Source: Myxococcota bacterium | Lineage (GTDB): Bacteria > Myxococcota_A > UBA796 > GCA-2862545 | Assembly (NCBI GenBank): GCA_039208735.1 | Contig: JBCCQY010000064.1 | Span: 1-44,276, forward strand | Length of the DNA: 44,276 nucleotides | Direction of reading: 5' to 3' | In this document: positions 32,831 to 42,583 of the stretch, in pieces | Position numbering within the stretch: position 1 is the stretch's first letter | How the letters are laid out: each line of letters starts with the position of its first letter | The notes under the pieces: generated by a model | Seen by the model: only the letters and a program-made list of their open reading frames with translations | Database searches by the model: none | What the model was told of the DNA's origin: nothing | Program-made: the position numbers and the translations under genes

Positions 32831-33763
32831 ATGTTCGACCCCACCACCTTTCCCGACCCGATCCGCGTTCCCGTCAATGGCGTAGAGCTGGAGGTCTTCG
32901 AAGCCGGCAAACAGGACGCAGGAAACCCCATCGTCCTGTGCCATGGTTGGCCGGAGCACGCCTTCTCCTGGCGCTACCAGGTGCCCGCCCTTGTCGAGGC
33001 TGGCTACCACGTCATCGTCCCAAACCAGCGGGGCTACGGCAACTCCTCTCAACCGGCCGAGGTGACCGCCTACGGCCTTGATGAGCTGACCGGCGATCTC
33101 GTTGCGCTGCTCGATCACTACGGGTACGACAACGCGACGTTCGTCGGCCACGACTGGGGGGCGATGGTCGTCTGGGGGCTCGCGCTGTTGCACCCCGACC
33201 GTGTCCGCCGGCTCATCGCACTCAGCGTGCCGTACCAGGTGCGCGGGGAGAAGCCATGGATCGAATTCCTCGAGGACCTGTTCGGAAGCGACGTCTACTT
33301 CGTCCACTTCAACCGCCATCCCGGCGTCGCAGATGCCATCTTCGAGGCCAATACCGCCCAGTTCCTACGCAACCTGTTCCGGAAGAATGAGCCCTCCATT
33401 GAGCCTCAGCCGGGCAATGCGATGATTCATCGCGCTCTTGCAGAGGTCCCCCTTGGAGAACCGGTGATGAGCGACCGTGAGCTGGCCGTTTTGGTTGCGG
33501 CCTTCGAAAGGTCTGGCTTCACGGGCAGCATCAACTGGTACCGGAACCTCGACCGCAACTGGCACCGCCTCGCGGACGTGGATCCCATCATTCACCAGCC
33601 CGCCCTCATGATCTACGGTGAGCGGGATGGCGTTCAGAGGTCCGACCTCCTGGTGCAGTTTGTGCCGAACGTGGACGTCGTTGATCTGGATTGCGGCCAT
33701 TGGATCCAACAAGAGCTGCCCGAAGCGACGAACCGAGCCATCCTGGACTGGCTAAAAACTTGA
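32831..33763 (+). CDS. Alpha/beta hydrolase, epoxide hydrolase family
   Basis: HGWPE, QRGYG, nucleophile elbow GHDWG, NWYRN and GHWIQQE. Confidence 0.93.
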   Translation: MFDPTTFPDPIRVPVNGVELEVFEAGKQDAGNPIVLCHGWPEHAFSWRYQVPALVEAGYHVIVPNQRGYGNSSQPAEVTAYGLDELTGDLVALLDHYGYDNATFVGHDWGAMVVWGLALLHPDRVRRLIALSVPYQVRGEKPWIEFLEDLFGSDVYFVHFNRHPGVADAIFEANTAQFLRNLFRKNEPSIEPQPGNAMIHRALAEVPLGEPVMSDRELAVLVAAFERSGFTGSINWYRNLDRNWHRLADVDPIIHQPALMIYGERDGVQRSDLLVQFVPNVDVVDLDCGHWIQQELPEATNRAILDWLKT

Positions 33764-33818
33764 GAGACGTCCGCAACGGTTCGCGACGCTCCAAGACCGA
33801 CAAGCAAGGAGGTGCGAT

Positions 33819-34220
33819 TTGTTTGGAATCCTCATGGCCTCGATGATGACGCTTGCCCAGGCCGAAGCGCCTACTTGCGGAAAGACGCATGCGAAGGTTG
33901 GTCAAACCGCCACGTTCAGTAATCTGCAGCATAAGGTGGGAGGGAAGGCTACCATCATCGATGATTGCACCCTCGAAATCAAGAACTTTACCTACGATGG
34001 TCAGGGCATCGACGTTCGGATCTACGGTGCGGTTGGAAAAACGTTCGATCGGGGGTTTCCGATGACCGGAGACCTCGTCCGCTCCAAGCCTTACCAGGGC
34101 GAAACCCTGAAGGCCAAGCTTCCGAAAGGGAAGACCTGGGACGACGTGACGCACTTGAGTGTGTGGTGCGTGGACTTCAGTGTGGACTTTGGAAATGGGG
34201 TTTTGCGGAACGCGTCCTGA
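33819..34220 (+). CDS. Secreted DM13 domain protein
   Basis: AGGAGG SD with TTG start, signal peptide, and motifs H.V.G, NFTYDG and LSVWC..F.VDFG. Confidence 0.85.
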   Translation: MFGILMASMMTLAQAEAPTCGKTHAKVGQTATFSNLQHKVGGKATIIDDCTLEIKNFTYDGQGIDVRIYGAVGKTFDRGFPMTGDLVRSKPYQGETLKAKLPKGKTWDDVTHLSVWCVDFSVDFGNGVLRNAS

Positions 34221-34322
34221 TTCGCGCCGCACGGGAAAGGTGCGACGAAGCCTCAGTTGCCATGTGAACAGAGGGCTCACCGGATACACTTTGACGTTGA
34301 CGCAATCCGTTCGGAGGCTCTC

Positions 34323-35246
34323 ATGCTGTTTACGCTTTCTGCAGTCGCGATGGCGCATCTCCATCCGCAGCCGACGGATCCTTTCATCGTGTGGGATCAG
34401 CGGTGGCTGGTCCAGACGGAGGTGCAGTTCCCCATGCCGAGGGTGCTGCACGCGACGTGGCACGAAGGTGCCCGCGCGAACGCGATTCGCATGCGGGCAG
34501 TGGTTGACTGTGACCGAGATGAAAAGCGCGGAGCCCGACGTTGGAAGGTGACGTGCACGATTCAAGACCTCGCCTTGCAGGCCCAGGCCACAGCGCCCCT
34601 GAATGCGGTCCAGCGCGCGACAATCGAGGAATGGGATGCGTTGCTGACGGGGATGCCCATTGCGTTGGTCGTGCGGGATGACGGATCGATCCTCGACACG
34701 GCGTTGCCGCGTTTGCGTCGAGGAACGCCGGCCGAGCGTGAACGTCACGAGTTCATGCGGCAGTTGACACGTCGGTTGGTGGCGCCGCTGCAGCTCGATC
34801 TGCCCGAACGGGTCTCGGAGGGCGTCACGTGGTCCGAGCCAAGTCCCGAGCAGTTCGAGATCCCCACCTTCGAGGCGTCATCGGCGATGTCGCAGGTGGT
34901 TCACCGACTGGATGAGCGTCCAGATTACTGGCACGTGCAGTCCCGGGGAGAAGGGCTACAGTTGCCGCGTCCGCTCACGATGGCCATGCCCACCGCGCGC
35001 GACGTGTTTCGGATGCAGTACGAAAGCCGCGCCCGTTTTGATGCGGATACGAAAATGATGGTCGAGCGCGTGTGGAAGGTGGGCGGTCGCGCCTCGCCCC
35101 TGGGCCGAACGCCGGGCCGCTACTCGACGTTTGGCCAGCTGCTGTGGCTCTCCGAGGACGATGCGCCGAGTTTGGGGGCGAGCGGTTTCGTGTCGGGTGA
35201 GGAGTGGAGCCGCTCGGCGTACGCCCCTGGCGTTTCGACGCTGTAG
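34323..35246 (+). CDS. Secreted hypothetical protein, paralogue of 206-1249
   Basis: GGAGG plus ATG 34323, signal MLFTLSAVAMA, and motifs shared with 206-1249. Confidence 0.8.
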   Translation: MLFTLSAVAMAHLHPQPTDPFIVWDQRWLVQTEVQFPMPRVLHATWHEGARANAIRMRAVVDCDRDEKRGARRWKVTCTIQDLALQAQATAPLNAVQRATIEEWDALLTGMPIALVVRDDGSILDTALPRLRRGTPAERERHEFMRQLTRRLVAPLQLDLPERVSEGVTWSEPSPEQFEIPTFEASSAMSQVVHRLDERPDYWHVQSRGEGLQLPRPLTMAMPTARDVFRMQYESRARFDADTKMMVERVWKVGGRASPLGRTPGRYSTFGQLLWLSEDDAPSLGASGFVSGEEWSRSAYAPGVSTL

Positions 35247-35307
35247 CGCGGGCCCGGGAGCGAAGAACCTGGGTTCGTGGCATCATGGCAGCCCTTTGGA
35301 GGCGCAG

Positions 35308-36150
35308 ATGAACCTGCTCCCTTGGTGGTCTCTCGCGACAATGCAGCTGGGTTGCAGTGCCAAGCAACCCGTGGCGACCGCGGCCCCGACGCCCTCGTGG
35401 CAGGTCGACTTCTTCGATGACTTTGATACGTTCAACCCAGATCATTGGCAAGACCAGCTGCTCTGGGTGAACCAGGAAGACCAGTGCTACGTCGCAGGCA
35501 ACGAAGCGGGCACGCGGGAGGTCAGCGATGGCACGCTCAAGCTTCGCGTGATCGATCTGGGGGCGCCCCGCCCGTGCGACAACCTGAGCAAGCACGGCGA
35601 GCTGCATCCGGACACGCGCTACATCGCGGGGCGGATCGCATCGAAAAACCGCAGGGAGTTTGTCAAAGGACGGTGGACGGCTCGGCTTCGGGTTCCGAGT
35701 AGTGGGACGTCCGGGATGTTTCCGGCGTGGTGGCTGCTTGGGGCCTACAACAACGAGCCCCCCGTCGAGGAGCCCGATGAGACGGTCTGTTGGCCACTTC
35801 CCGGCTCTGGCGAAATCGACATTTTCGAGCATCACAGCGATGGAGGACCTGACCACTACGCGGCGCGAGTCATCGAGAGCCTCGGGGCCTGTGACAAAGG
35901 CGATTGGCAGGCCCGCATGCTGGTGCAAGCCACTTCGCTCGCCGAGTTCCATGACTACGCCGTCGAATGGAGCGGTGCAGACCTGCGATTTCTGCTCGAC
36001 GGGCTGGAGGTCTACCGCATCGCAGGAGGGGGCGAGGTCTTATCAGAGCCAATGTTCGCCATCCTCAACTTCGCGAAGATCAACAACGCGACGATGTCGG
36101 AGCCCTGGGTCATGGAGGTGGATTGGGTCAAGCACGAACACCTGCGTTGA
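35308..36150 (+). CDS. Glycoside hydrolase family 16 lipoprotein (laminarinase-like)
   Basis: Catalytic GEIDIFE, FPAWWLLG, FHDYAVEW, MEVDWV and lipobox LGC. GGAGG plus ATG 35308. Confidence 0.92.
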   Translation: MNLLPWWSLATMQLGCSAKQPVATAAPTPSWQVDFFDDFDTFNPDHWQDQLLWVNQEDQCYVAGNEAGTREVSDGTLKLRVIDLGAPRPCDNLSKHGELHPDTRYIAGRIASKNRREFVKGRWTARLRVPSSGTSGMFPAWWLLGAYNNEPPVEEPDETVCWPLPGSGEIDIFEHHSDGGPDHYAARVIESLGACDKGDWQARMLVQATSLAEFHDYAVEWSGADLRFLLDGLEVYRIAGGGEVLSEPMFAILNFAKINNATMSEPWVMEVDWVKHEHLR

Positions 36151-37081
36151 TGCTCACGACGACCTTGCCTTTGGCCCTTCGAGTTTCCAGGTGACGATGG
36201 CCGGCCGATGCCTCATCGAGCGAGACCACCCGGTCGACGACGGGTCGGAGCGTTCCTGCTTCGATCCATGCCGCAAGTTGCTCGAGGTCACGGGTGTGGC
36301 TCTGCACGATCACCAATGCGGCACGATGCAGCCCCACCCGACGCAGTACGCCGCGCGCCACGTGGCTCAAGCGTGGGATGGTCGTGCAGAACCGCCCCTT
36401 GGGGCTCAACATGCGTCGGGCGGCCGGCCATCCCAGGTTTCCGAACACGTCGAACACCTGGTCGAGACCCCGCTCCCGGCGGGGGTCTGTCTGGGTGTAG
36501 TCGAGTACGCGGTTCGCCCCGAGGGAGCGGACGAGTTCGGCGTTCCGCCCCGAGCAGACCGCGGTCACGTCGGCGCCGAGCGCCCGAGCGATTTGCACGG
36601 CCAGCGTACCGACGCCTCCCGAAGCGCCATTGATCAGTACGTGATGGCCAGGCCGAACGTCCAGTTCGTCTCGCAACGCCTGGAGCGCCGTCAGGCCCGC
36701 CAAAGGAAGCCCCGCTGCGTCGGCAAAGGACAGGCCACGCGGCATGCGGGCGAGTTCGCGGGGGCGAAGGACGGCGACTTCTGCGCACGCGCCGCCGCGT
36801 TGGCTCTGGATCATGCCGTAGACCGGCATGCCTTCGGGCTGCCCTTCCCAAGGGTCGAGGGTGACGCCCGCTACGTCGTAGCCCGGAACCCGTGGAAAGG
36901 GACCGCGCGACATCCAGCGCATTCGTCCTTTGCGAATGAGGACGTCCTTCGGATTGAGGCCGGCGGCATGTACCTGAACGCGCACCGCTCCCGAGCGCGG
37001 GCTTGGAACAGGAACGTCGCGAACCTCGAGTTCATCGGCGGGTCCGTAGCGATGGTACACGCTGGCTTTCATGGTCTGCAT
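36128..37081 (-). CDS. NAD(P)-dependent MDR oxidoreductase (zinc-independent, quinone reductase-like)
   Basis: AAGLNPKD, GYDVAG, AGLTALQAL, INGASGGVG and GKVVV. Confidence 0.93.
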   Translation of the reverse strand: MQTMKASVYHRYGPADELEVRDVPVPSPRSGAVRVQVHAAGLNPKDVLIRKGRMRWMSRGPFPRVPGYDVAGVTLDPWEGQPEGMPVYGMIQSQRGGACAEVAVLRPRELARMPRGLSFADAAGLPLAGLTALQALRDELDVRPGHHVLINGASGGVGTLAVQIARALGADVTAVCSGRNAELVRSLGANRVLDYTQTDPRRERGLDQVFDVFGNLGWPAARRMLSPKGRFCTTIPRLSHVARGVLRRVGLHRAALVIVQSHTRDLEQLAAWIEAGTLRPVVDRVVSLDEASAGHRHLETRRAKGKVVVSINAGVRA

Positions 37082-37157
37082 GCGCAAAGCCTAGCGCCTT
37101 TCGCGATAATGAAGCCTCATATACGCGCATAGCAGCCATGTGCAAATGGAGGAGAGG

Positions 37158-38027
37158 ATGCCAGGGCGGCTCGAAGATCTACAGCTGCTCGTGGCCGTCG
37201 TACGCTACGGAACGTTGACGGCCGCCGCGGCCCATACCGGCACGACTCAATCTCGGGTGAGTCGGGCGTTGAAGCGCCTGGAGGACGACGTCGGGCGGGT
37301 GCTTGTCCGTCGGTCTTCGCGCCAGGTTGCGCCGACCGAGGCAGGGCGTAGGCTGGCGTCTGAGGCCGTACACGCCATTGAGCGGATCGATGCCGTGCGA
37401 TCGGAATTGCAAACCGGTCAGGCCCTGGCGGGGCGGTTGAGGCTCAGCACGCCTCCTGCGGTGGGACGTCGGGTGCTATCACCCGTGATTCAGACCTTCT
37501 GCCAATCCAATCCAGGAATCCGTCTCGATTGGTCTCTCGGGTCCCGTCGGGTGGATGTCATCGCCGAAGATGTGGACTTGGCGATTCGATTTGGGCCGCT
37601 TGCGCCAACCTGGCAGCGGGCCATTCGATTGATGGGAGGGCGCTATGCGGTTTTCGGAAGTCCCACGCTCCTCGGCGAGCGTGAGTTGACCGCTGCCCAG
37701 CTTCCAACGTGGCCCACCATCGGTTTGCACACGACCCATCTCCGCGATCGCTGGCCGGTTTACGAAGCGGGCCAGCTGCAGTGGATCAACGTCGATCCGC
37801 AGCACTGGGTGGACGATGCGGAAGCGCTGATCACTCTGACCCTTTCGGGGCTCGGGCTTGCGTTGGTGCCTGACATTTTGGTTTGCGACGAGGTGGCGAA
37901 GGGGCATCTGCGTCTTGCATTGCCTTTGGCAACCGCGGTGCCATTTGATCTCTATGCGGTATTAGGCCCTCATCGTCCGTTACCGCGAGCCGAAGCGTTG
38001 GTGGATCATTTTCGCCGCCATTTGTGA
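37158..38027 (+). CDS. LysR family transcriptional regulator (CrgA-like)
   Basis: HTH GTLTAAA..QSRVSRALKRLE, PTEAG, GRLRLS and DLAIRFG. Divergent from the MDR gene. Start chosen at the SD-supported ATG 37158. Confidence 0.93.
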   Translation: MPGRLEDLQLLVAVVRYGTLTAAAAHTGTTQSRVSRALKRLEDDVGRVLVRRSSRQVAPTEAGRRLASEAVHAIERIDAVRSELQTGQALAGRLRLSTPPAVGRRVLSPVIQTFCQSNPGIRLDWSLGSRRVDVIAEDVDLAIRFGPLAPTWQRAIRLMGGRYAVFGSPTLLGERELTAAQLPTWPTIGLHTTHLRDRWPVYEAGQLQWINVDPQHWVDDAEALITLTLSGLGLALVPDILVCDEVAKGHLRLALPLATAVPFDLYAVLGPHRPLPRAEALVDHFRRHL

Positions 38028-38162
38028 TCCGTTTTGCCAAACGCCCATAGTCCTCTCAGTAGGAGGGGTCCGAGACGGGCTCTTCGCAGCCCACCAAAAC
38101 CGCAAACACGCTGGCGATGGCACGCATCGGAGACTCCAGGTCGAGGTGGCGAACTTCAGAGA

Positions 38163-39770
38163 CTACGGCGACAACACGATGGTCTGAAGACTCGCCGGAG
38201 CGATGTCAAGCCTCGCCTGCTCACCCTTGAATACGACAGTGGCTGCCACTGCGGCATCTGACTCATTGAACACATGGATGGCGATGTCTCTATCGGGGTT
38301 CTCAATGGCCACCGTGTGCAGTGAAGGTGGGCCATCGAGGGAGGTCGTGAGGACCTTGCCACCTGGTCGGGAGTGACGCGAGACTTGCTTGAGGATGTAG
38401 TAAAGCGGGGTGTAGTAGACCGTATCGGATTCGCCATCCACCATGACGGGTGCAAGGCAGTAATTTCCGACGTGGTTGGGGCCTCCGCGTTTGTTCAGCA
38501 CAATGTTCCAGTCCACCCAGCCGGCGAGCCAGTGGTTCATGCCGACCACCAGGTCGCGAGCGTACCGAAACGCGGGTGCGTACTTGGGGTGGTCCACTTC
38601 GCGGTTGGGCGCCCAGTCCCAACCCCAGTCCGTGGCCTCTTTCTTCCAGTACCAGGCGTCGTCCTGCCACCATGCATAGAGGTCTTCACAGCCGCAAGGT
38701 GGGTTGGAACAGGTGTTCTCGCACGATGCCTGTCCGGCTACGCTGTCGATCGTGCCTTCGCTGTGGACGATGAGCCGGTTGGGATATTTCTGGTGTTGCG
38801 CGTCGAGGACATCCTCGTAGACGCGGAACGTGCTGTTGTACCAGTGCACGGCGGTGCCTCGGACATGCTCCGCCGCAAGGGGGTCGTTGAAGATGACGTC
38901 GGTGAATTCCGCCATCTCGGCTCGATTCTGATCGAAAATGAGGATGTCGGTGTCGAGGCCGACACTTCGGAGCTGAGGCCCGAGGATGCGGAGAAAGTCC
39001 CGTTGCTCTTCGGGGGTCATCTCCATGCTTTCCCAGGTGCCCGCGTTGCCTTGAGGCTCGTTGACCGGCGTGATGGCCCAGATGTCGATGTTGCGCTTTG
39101 CGTAAGCCTGAAGGTAGGCCACGAAGTAGCGAGCGAAGGTGTCGTAGTGCTCACGCAGAAGCGTGCCTCCACGACCGCGTTCCGGTTCGTAGAGCTTGCC
39201 ATTGTCCTTCATCCACGCCGGAGCCGTCCATGGCGACGCAATGAGCTGGAAGTTCGCGCCCGGGATGGCCTTGGCGTCCTGGATGAGTTGGATGAGCCCG
39301 TTGCGTTCGTCCTCGGCCACCGAAAAGCCTGCGAGAGACGGATCGGCATCCGGCGCGTAGCTGTAGCTGTACTCCGAGAAGTCGGAGCTTCCGATATGGG
39401 TTCGAGACAGAGCATACCGTGCTCCGTCTGTGCCGAAGAGGGCCGCGAGCACCTCGGTGCGCTTGGCCGGTGAGAGTTCGCGAAGTGCCGCGGCAGACGC
39501 TTGGGTTAGTGAGCCGCCCACGCCGAGAAAGGTCTGTCGAACCTGATCGAGATGGACTTCGAGCCGGACTTCGGCGGGCGCGACCGACGCGGCAAAGCGC
39601 AGGGGCTCGGCTTCGCGCATCGCGTCGCCTTGGCTCGACGTCACGAACACCTGCGCGGTGCGGGACGGTCGAGGCGCTTCGACGGGCGTCCGTGCACAAC
39701 TCGTGATCAACAGGGCCGTGGCCCACCCAACCGCCGCAAGGTGTCGGCGGACGTGTTTGAACTTCAACAT
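38163..39770 (-). CDS. Glycoside hydrolase family 30 lipoprotein
   Basis: Q.F.G.GGS, RTHIGSSDFS, ASPWTAPAWMK, acid/base NEP, HWY, nucleophile SEG, W.DWN and GGPNH. Lipobox ITSC. Confidence 0.93.
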   Translation of the reverse strand: MLKFKHVRRHLAAVGWATALLITSCARTPVEAPRPSRTAQVFVTSSQGDAMREAEPLRFAASVAPAEVRLEVHLDQVRQTFLGVGGSLTQASAAALRELSPAKRTEVLAALFGTDGARYALSRTHIGSSDFSEYSYSYAPDADPSLAGFSVAEDERNGLIQLIQDAKAIPGANFQLIASPWTAPAWMKDNGKLYEPERGRGGTLLREHYDTFARYFVAYLQAYAKRNIDIWAITPVNEPQGNAGTWESMEMTPEEQRDFLRILGPQLRSVGLDTDILIFDQNRAEMAEFTDVIFNDPLAAEHVRGTAVHWYNSTFRVYEDVLDAQHQKYPNRLIVHSEGTIDSVAGQASCENTCSNPPCGCEDLYAWWQDDAWYWKKEATDWGWDWAPNREVDHPKYAPAFRYARDLVVGMNHWLAGWVDWNIVLNKRGGPNHVGNYCLAPVMVDGESDTVYYTPLYYILKQVSRHSRPGGKVLTTSLDGPPSLHTVAIENPDRDIAIHVFNESDAAVAATVVFKGEQARLDIAPASLQTIVLSP

Positions 39771-39849
39771 CGCTTCGGATGGTAGCCCAACTCCCCGTCT
39801 CATGGCCCTCGACGGCTGCATCTTCGCATTGGGTCGGACAGGGCGGGCG

Positions 39850-41199
39850 CTACGGGGCGACCAGCGTGTACAGGTCGTCAATGACCTGGCAACGCCCCAG
39901 CCAGTTGTCGTAGGTCGCGCGCCACGCGACTTCGCCGTCGGGCGTGACTTCGTACACGCGGCCGGTGGGTCCGAGCGTGTGCAGGGTGTTGCCGCTGGGC
40001 AGGCGGTGGGCCCACGACCAGCTTACGTCGCCGTATCCGGAGTCAAAATTCCAGACTTCGCGCATGGCCATTTCGTTGTCATCGATGACGTACTCGCGCA
40101 GCCACACCGTGCCCGTGCCGTTGTCGATCGAAGATGCGAGCAGGTTGCCGTTGGCCAGGAACTCGATGCCGTGCTGGTTGTTGAGTTCGGCGGTGGTGGG
40201 CTGGAAGCTGTAGATGTCGATGCCGGGCATGCCGGGCGCGGACCACAGCGGGTCTCCCGTCGGGCGGTCGAGAATGGCGATCGACTGCGTGCTGAAAGCG
40301 CTGACGGCAAATCGGTCGCTGAGCGGGTCGTAGGTGATGCCGTTGATGTAGGAAATGTTGGAGCTGGACCAGATTTCTTGCCGGCTGGTGGCCCCCGGAG
40401 GAAGCTCGTACAACGTGCTGCCGCCGTCCCAGACGATCGTGCCATCCGGGAGTCCCGCCATGGCGTGGTAGTGACCGCGGGTCTCGAAGTCGGCAATGCG
40501 CTCGTCGAGGTACGACCGGTACGCACGGTCGCGGTCGGTATCGCCCCAAAGCAAGCCATCGCCCGAAGCGGACAGCTCAGCGTAAAGGATGTTCGAACCG
40601 CCGGTCGCCCAGACGACGCGCCCATCGCGGTCCATGATGATCAAGTATGCGTCGTTGAACTCGTTGATCGGTAGCAACACGTACTTGCCAGAGGGCGCCC
40701 ACTCTGCCGGCTCATTGACCTGGAGATTCGGCATGGGAAGCCCCGCCGGCACCGGCAGCGCTTCGAGTTCACTGCTTCCGTTCACACTGGCGGAACCATC
40801 GGCCAGCGTGACCCGGTAGGGGGCTGTCGTAGCCGCAGGTACGCCGATGACCGTGGTCTCGTTGGTCCCCATTTCGCCGTCGATGGTGGGTGTCCGGAGC
40901 CACTCGCCATCGACCTGGTACTCGACGTACACCGCACCCGCGGCGGACTGGTCCCACGTGACGGAGAAGGGCCCGAGGAAAGTCGGGTTGTTCGCCCACG
41001 CGAGGTTGCTGATGGTGATCGGGCCCGGGTCGGGATCGGGGTCCGGATCGGGGTCAGGGTCGGGATCCGGATTGGTTGTCGGGTCGGGACCGGGCCCCGG
41101 ATTGGTTTCCCCCAGGTCCGCTGGTGGGCCTGCGGGATCCATTGGGCATCCTGCCAGCATGATCAGGGCCAGGACCATTCGAGTCACGATCGCCTCCAT
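39850..41199 (-). CDS. Lipoprotein with arylsulfotransferase-like beta-propeller domain and Asp-Pro linker
   Basis: Lipobox LAGC and (DP)n linker. Propeller motifs IMDRDGRVVW, YINGI, QHG, RLPSGNTL and EVTPDGEVAW. Confidence 0.75.
   Translation of the reverse strand: MEAIVTRMVLALIMLAGCPMDPAGPPADLGETNPGPGPDPTTNPDPDPDPDPDPDPDPGPITISNLAWANNPTFLGPFSVTWDQSAAGAVYVEYQVDGEWLRTPTIDGEMGTNETTVIGVPAATTAPYRVTLADGSASVNGSSELEALPVPAGLPMPNLQVNEPAEWAPSGKYVLLPINEFNDAYLIIMDRDGRVVWATGGSNILYAELSASGDGLLWGDTDRDRAYRSYLDERIADFETRGHYHAMAGLPDGTIVWDGGSTLYELPPGATSRQEIWSSSNISYINGITYDPLSDRFAVSAFSTQSIAILDRPTGDPLWSAPGMPGIDIYSFQPTTAELNNQHGIEFLANGNLLASSIDNGTGTVWLREYVIDDNEMAMREVWNFDSGYGDVSWSWAHRLPSGNTLHTLGPTGRVYEVTPDGEVAWRATYDNWLGRCQVIDDLYTLVAP
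41021..41100 (-). repeat. Coding Asp-Pro/Gly-Pro low-complexity repeat
   Basis: Encodes PGPGPDPTTNPDPDPDPDPDPDPDPGP with synonymous codon variation. Confidence 0.8.
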
Positions 41200-41213
41200 T
41201 GTCGAGCTTCGGC

Positions 41214-42383
41214 CTATTGGATGTTGAGAGTCACATTGCCGGTGTTGTTGTAGCCGTCCACCACCACGATGATGGTCTGGCCTGCGGTCATGGGCAGTGA
41301 GATACGAGATTGTAGGCCCAACCCGGCGGTATCATCGTTGCAGGCAAGTTCAACTCCCCCGCATGAGTCGAGGGCGTACAGAACGGTGTCATATGTGGAC
41401 CCGTCCGTATCGAATGTATAGGTGGCGTTGGCGGGAGCTGTAAAGTCGAATGTCAGCTCTCCCGCCGTCGCGCCGACGCAGGTGGGCTGGTAAGTATCGA
41501 GTAGGCCTGCGGTGCTGCCGTTGTAGGTGCCGGGACCATTCGTGGTCTGCAGGGGGCAGCACGACGGGTCGGCCTGACAATCACTGTCGAAACAGTCGTC
41601 GGTGCCATCGCCATCGTTGTCGAAGCCGTCGTCACACACCTCGGGACCGCAAATGCCGACCCCCGCGCAGTCGCTGTCGGCGCAGTCCGCATCGGAGTCC
41701 CCGTCGTTGTCGACACCGTCATCGCAGGTCGACTCTGCGGTTTCACCTGCAATGATGTCGAGCTGGAAGGGCCCATTTCCTAGCCCGGAGAACCCCTCTG
41801 CGACGACCAACACCGTCTGTCCCGCGGTCATCGTTTGCGCGACGGTGGCATTGTTGAACGTCGCGTCGCAAGCGAGTTCAACGCCTCCACATTGGTCTTG
41901 CAGCGAGATCATGACGTCCGTAGCGCCCGAGCCTCCGACGGTGAAGAGGTAGTCGCCATTTGAGGGAGCGGTAAACTCGACGCTGTAGTCGTTGCCGCCT
42001 CCAAACGCACAGCTCGCCTGGTGAACGTCTGGTGCAGTGGACAGGTCACCGGTGATCCTAAAGGGGAACGTAGAGGTGGCTTCCTGAGGACAGGGCCCAA
42101 GAGGTCCAGTGTCCATCATCTCGCCCGTATCGCTCATATCCGCGTCCGTATCGGCGTCGGTGTCCGCGTCCGCGTCCGAATCGGTGTCCGCGTCCGAATC
42201 GGTGTCCGCGTCCGAATCGGTGTCCGCGTCCGAATCGGTGTCTGCATCTGCATCCGCATCCGAGTCGGCGTCCGTATCGGTATCCGTGTCGGCGTCCGCA
42301 TCCGGATCGAGTGTTCCGTCGGTTTCTCCGGTGCACGCGAGCAATCCGCCACCGATGAAGAGCACCATTGCGATTCCGCGCAT
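41214..42383 (-). CDS. Lipoprotein with D-A/D-T/D-S repeat stalk, two PPC-like domains and Cys/Asp-rich repeats
   Basis: Lipobox LLAC and acidic stalk. Duplicated [21 protein letters not shown] domains flank two CDDGxDNDGDxxxDCxDSDC repeats. Confidence 0.88.
   Translation of the reverse strand: MRGIAMVLFIGGGLLACTGETDGTLDPDADADTDTDTDADSDADADADTDSDADTDSDADTDSDADTDSDADADTDADTDADMSDTGEMMDTGPLGPCPQEATSTFPFRITGDLSTAPDVHQASCAFGGGNDYSVEFTAPSNGDYLFTVGGSGATDVMISLQDQCGGVELACDATFNNATVAQTMTAGQTVLVVAEGFSGLGNGPFQLDIIAGETAESTCDDGVDNDGDSDADCADSDCAGVGICGPEVCDDGFDNDGDGTDDCFDSDCQADPSCCPLQTTNGPGTYNGSTAGLLDTYQPTCVGATAGELTFDFTAPANATYTFDTDGSTYDTVLYALDSCGGVELACNDDTAGLGLQSRISLPMTAGQTIIVVVDGYNNTGNVTLNIQ
42168..42242. 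repeat. Perfect 18-bp tandem repeat (about 4 copies) encoding DADTDS units
   Basis: Unit TCGGTGTCCGCGTCCGAA at 42181, 42199 and 42217, with partial flanking copies. Confidence 0.9.
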
Positions 42384-42583
42384 CCTCGGCCTCCTGCAAG
42401 AGATGGAGGCTAGCTGACATTCCTAGGACTCCGCCAGCCCCGCAGCCCCCACAGGACCCTGGCTTGCCGGTTGCGTTCACCATGCCCGGGGAAACGCGCG
42501 GCCTTACACCGAGCGTCAAGCTCCTGTAAGACAAAAGGCTTGCCAATTTGGTTCAAAGCGTTCGTGGACTTTTTGGCTTCTGA

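Noticed and set aside
42140..42305. CRISPR-like repeat array
   Set aside because: Units are contiguous with no unique spacers, are multiples of 3 within a CDS, and no cas genes are present.
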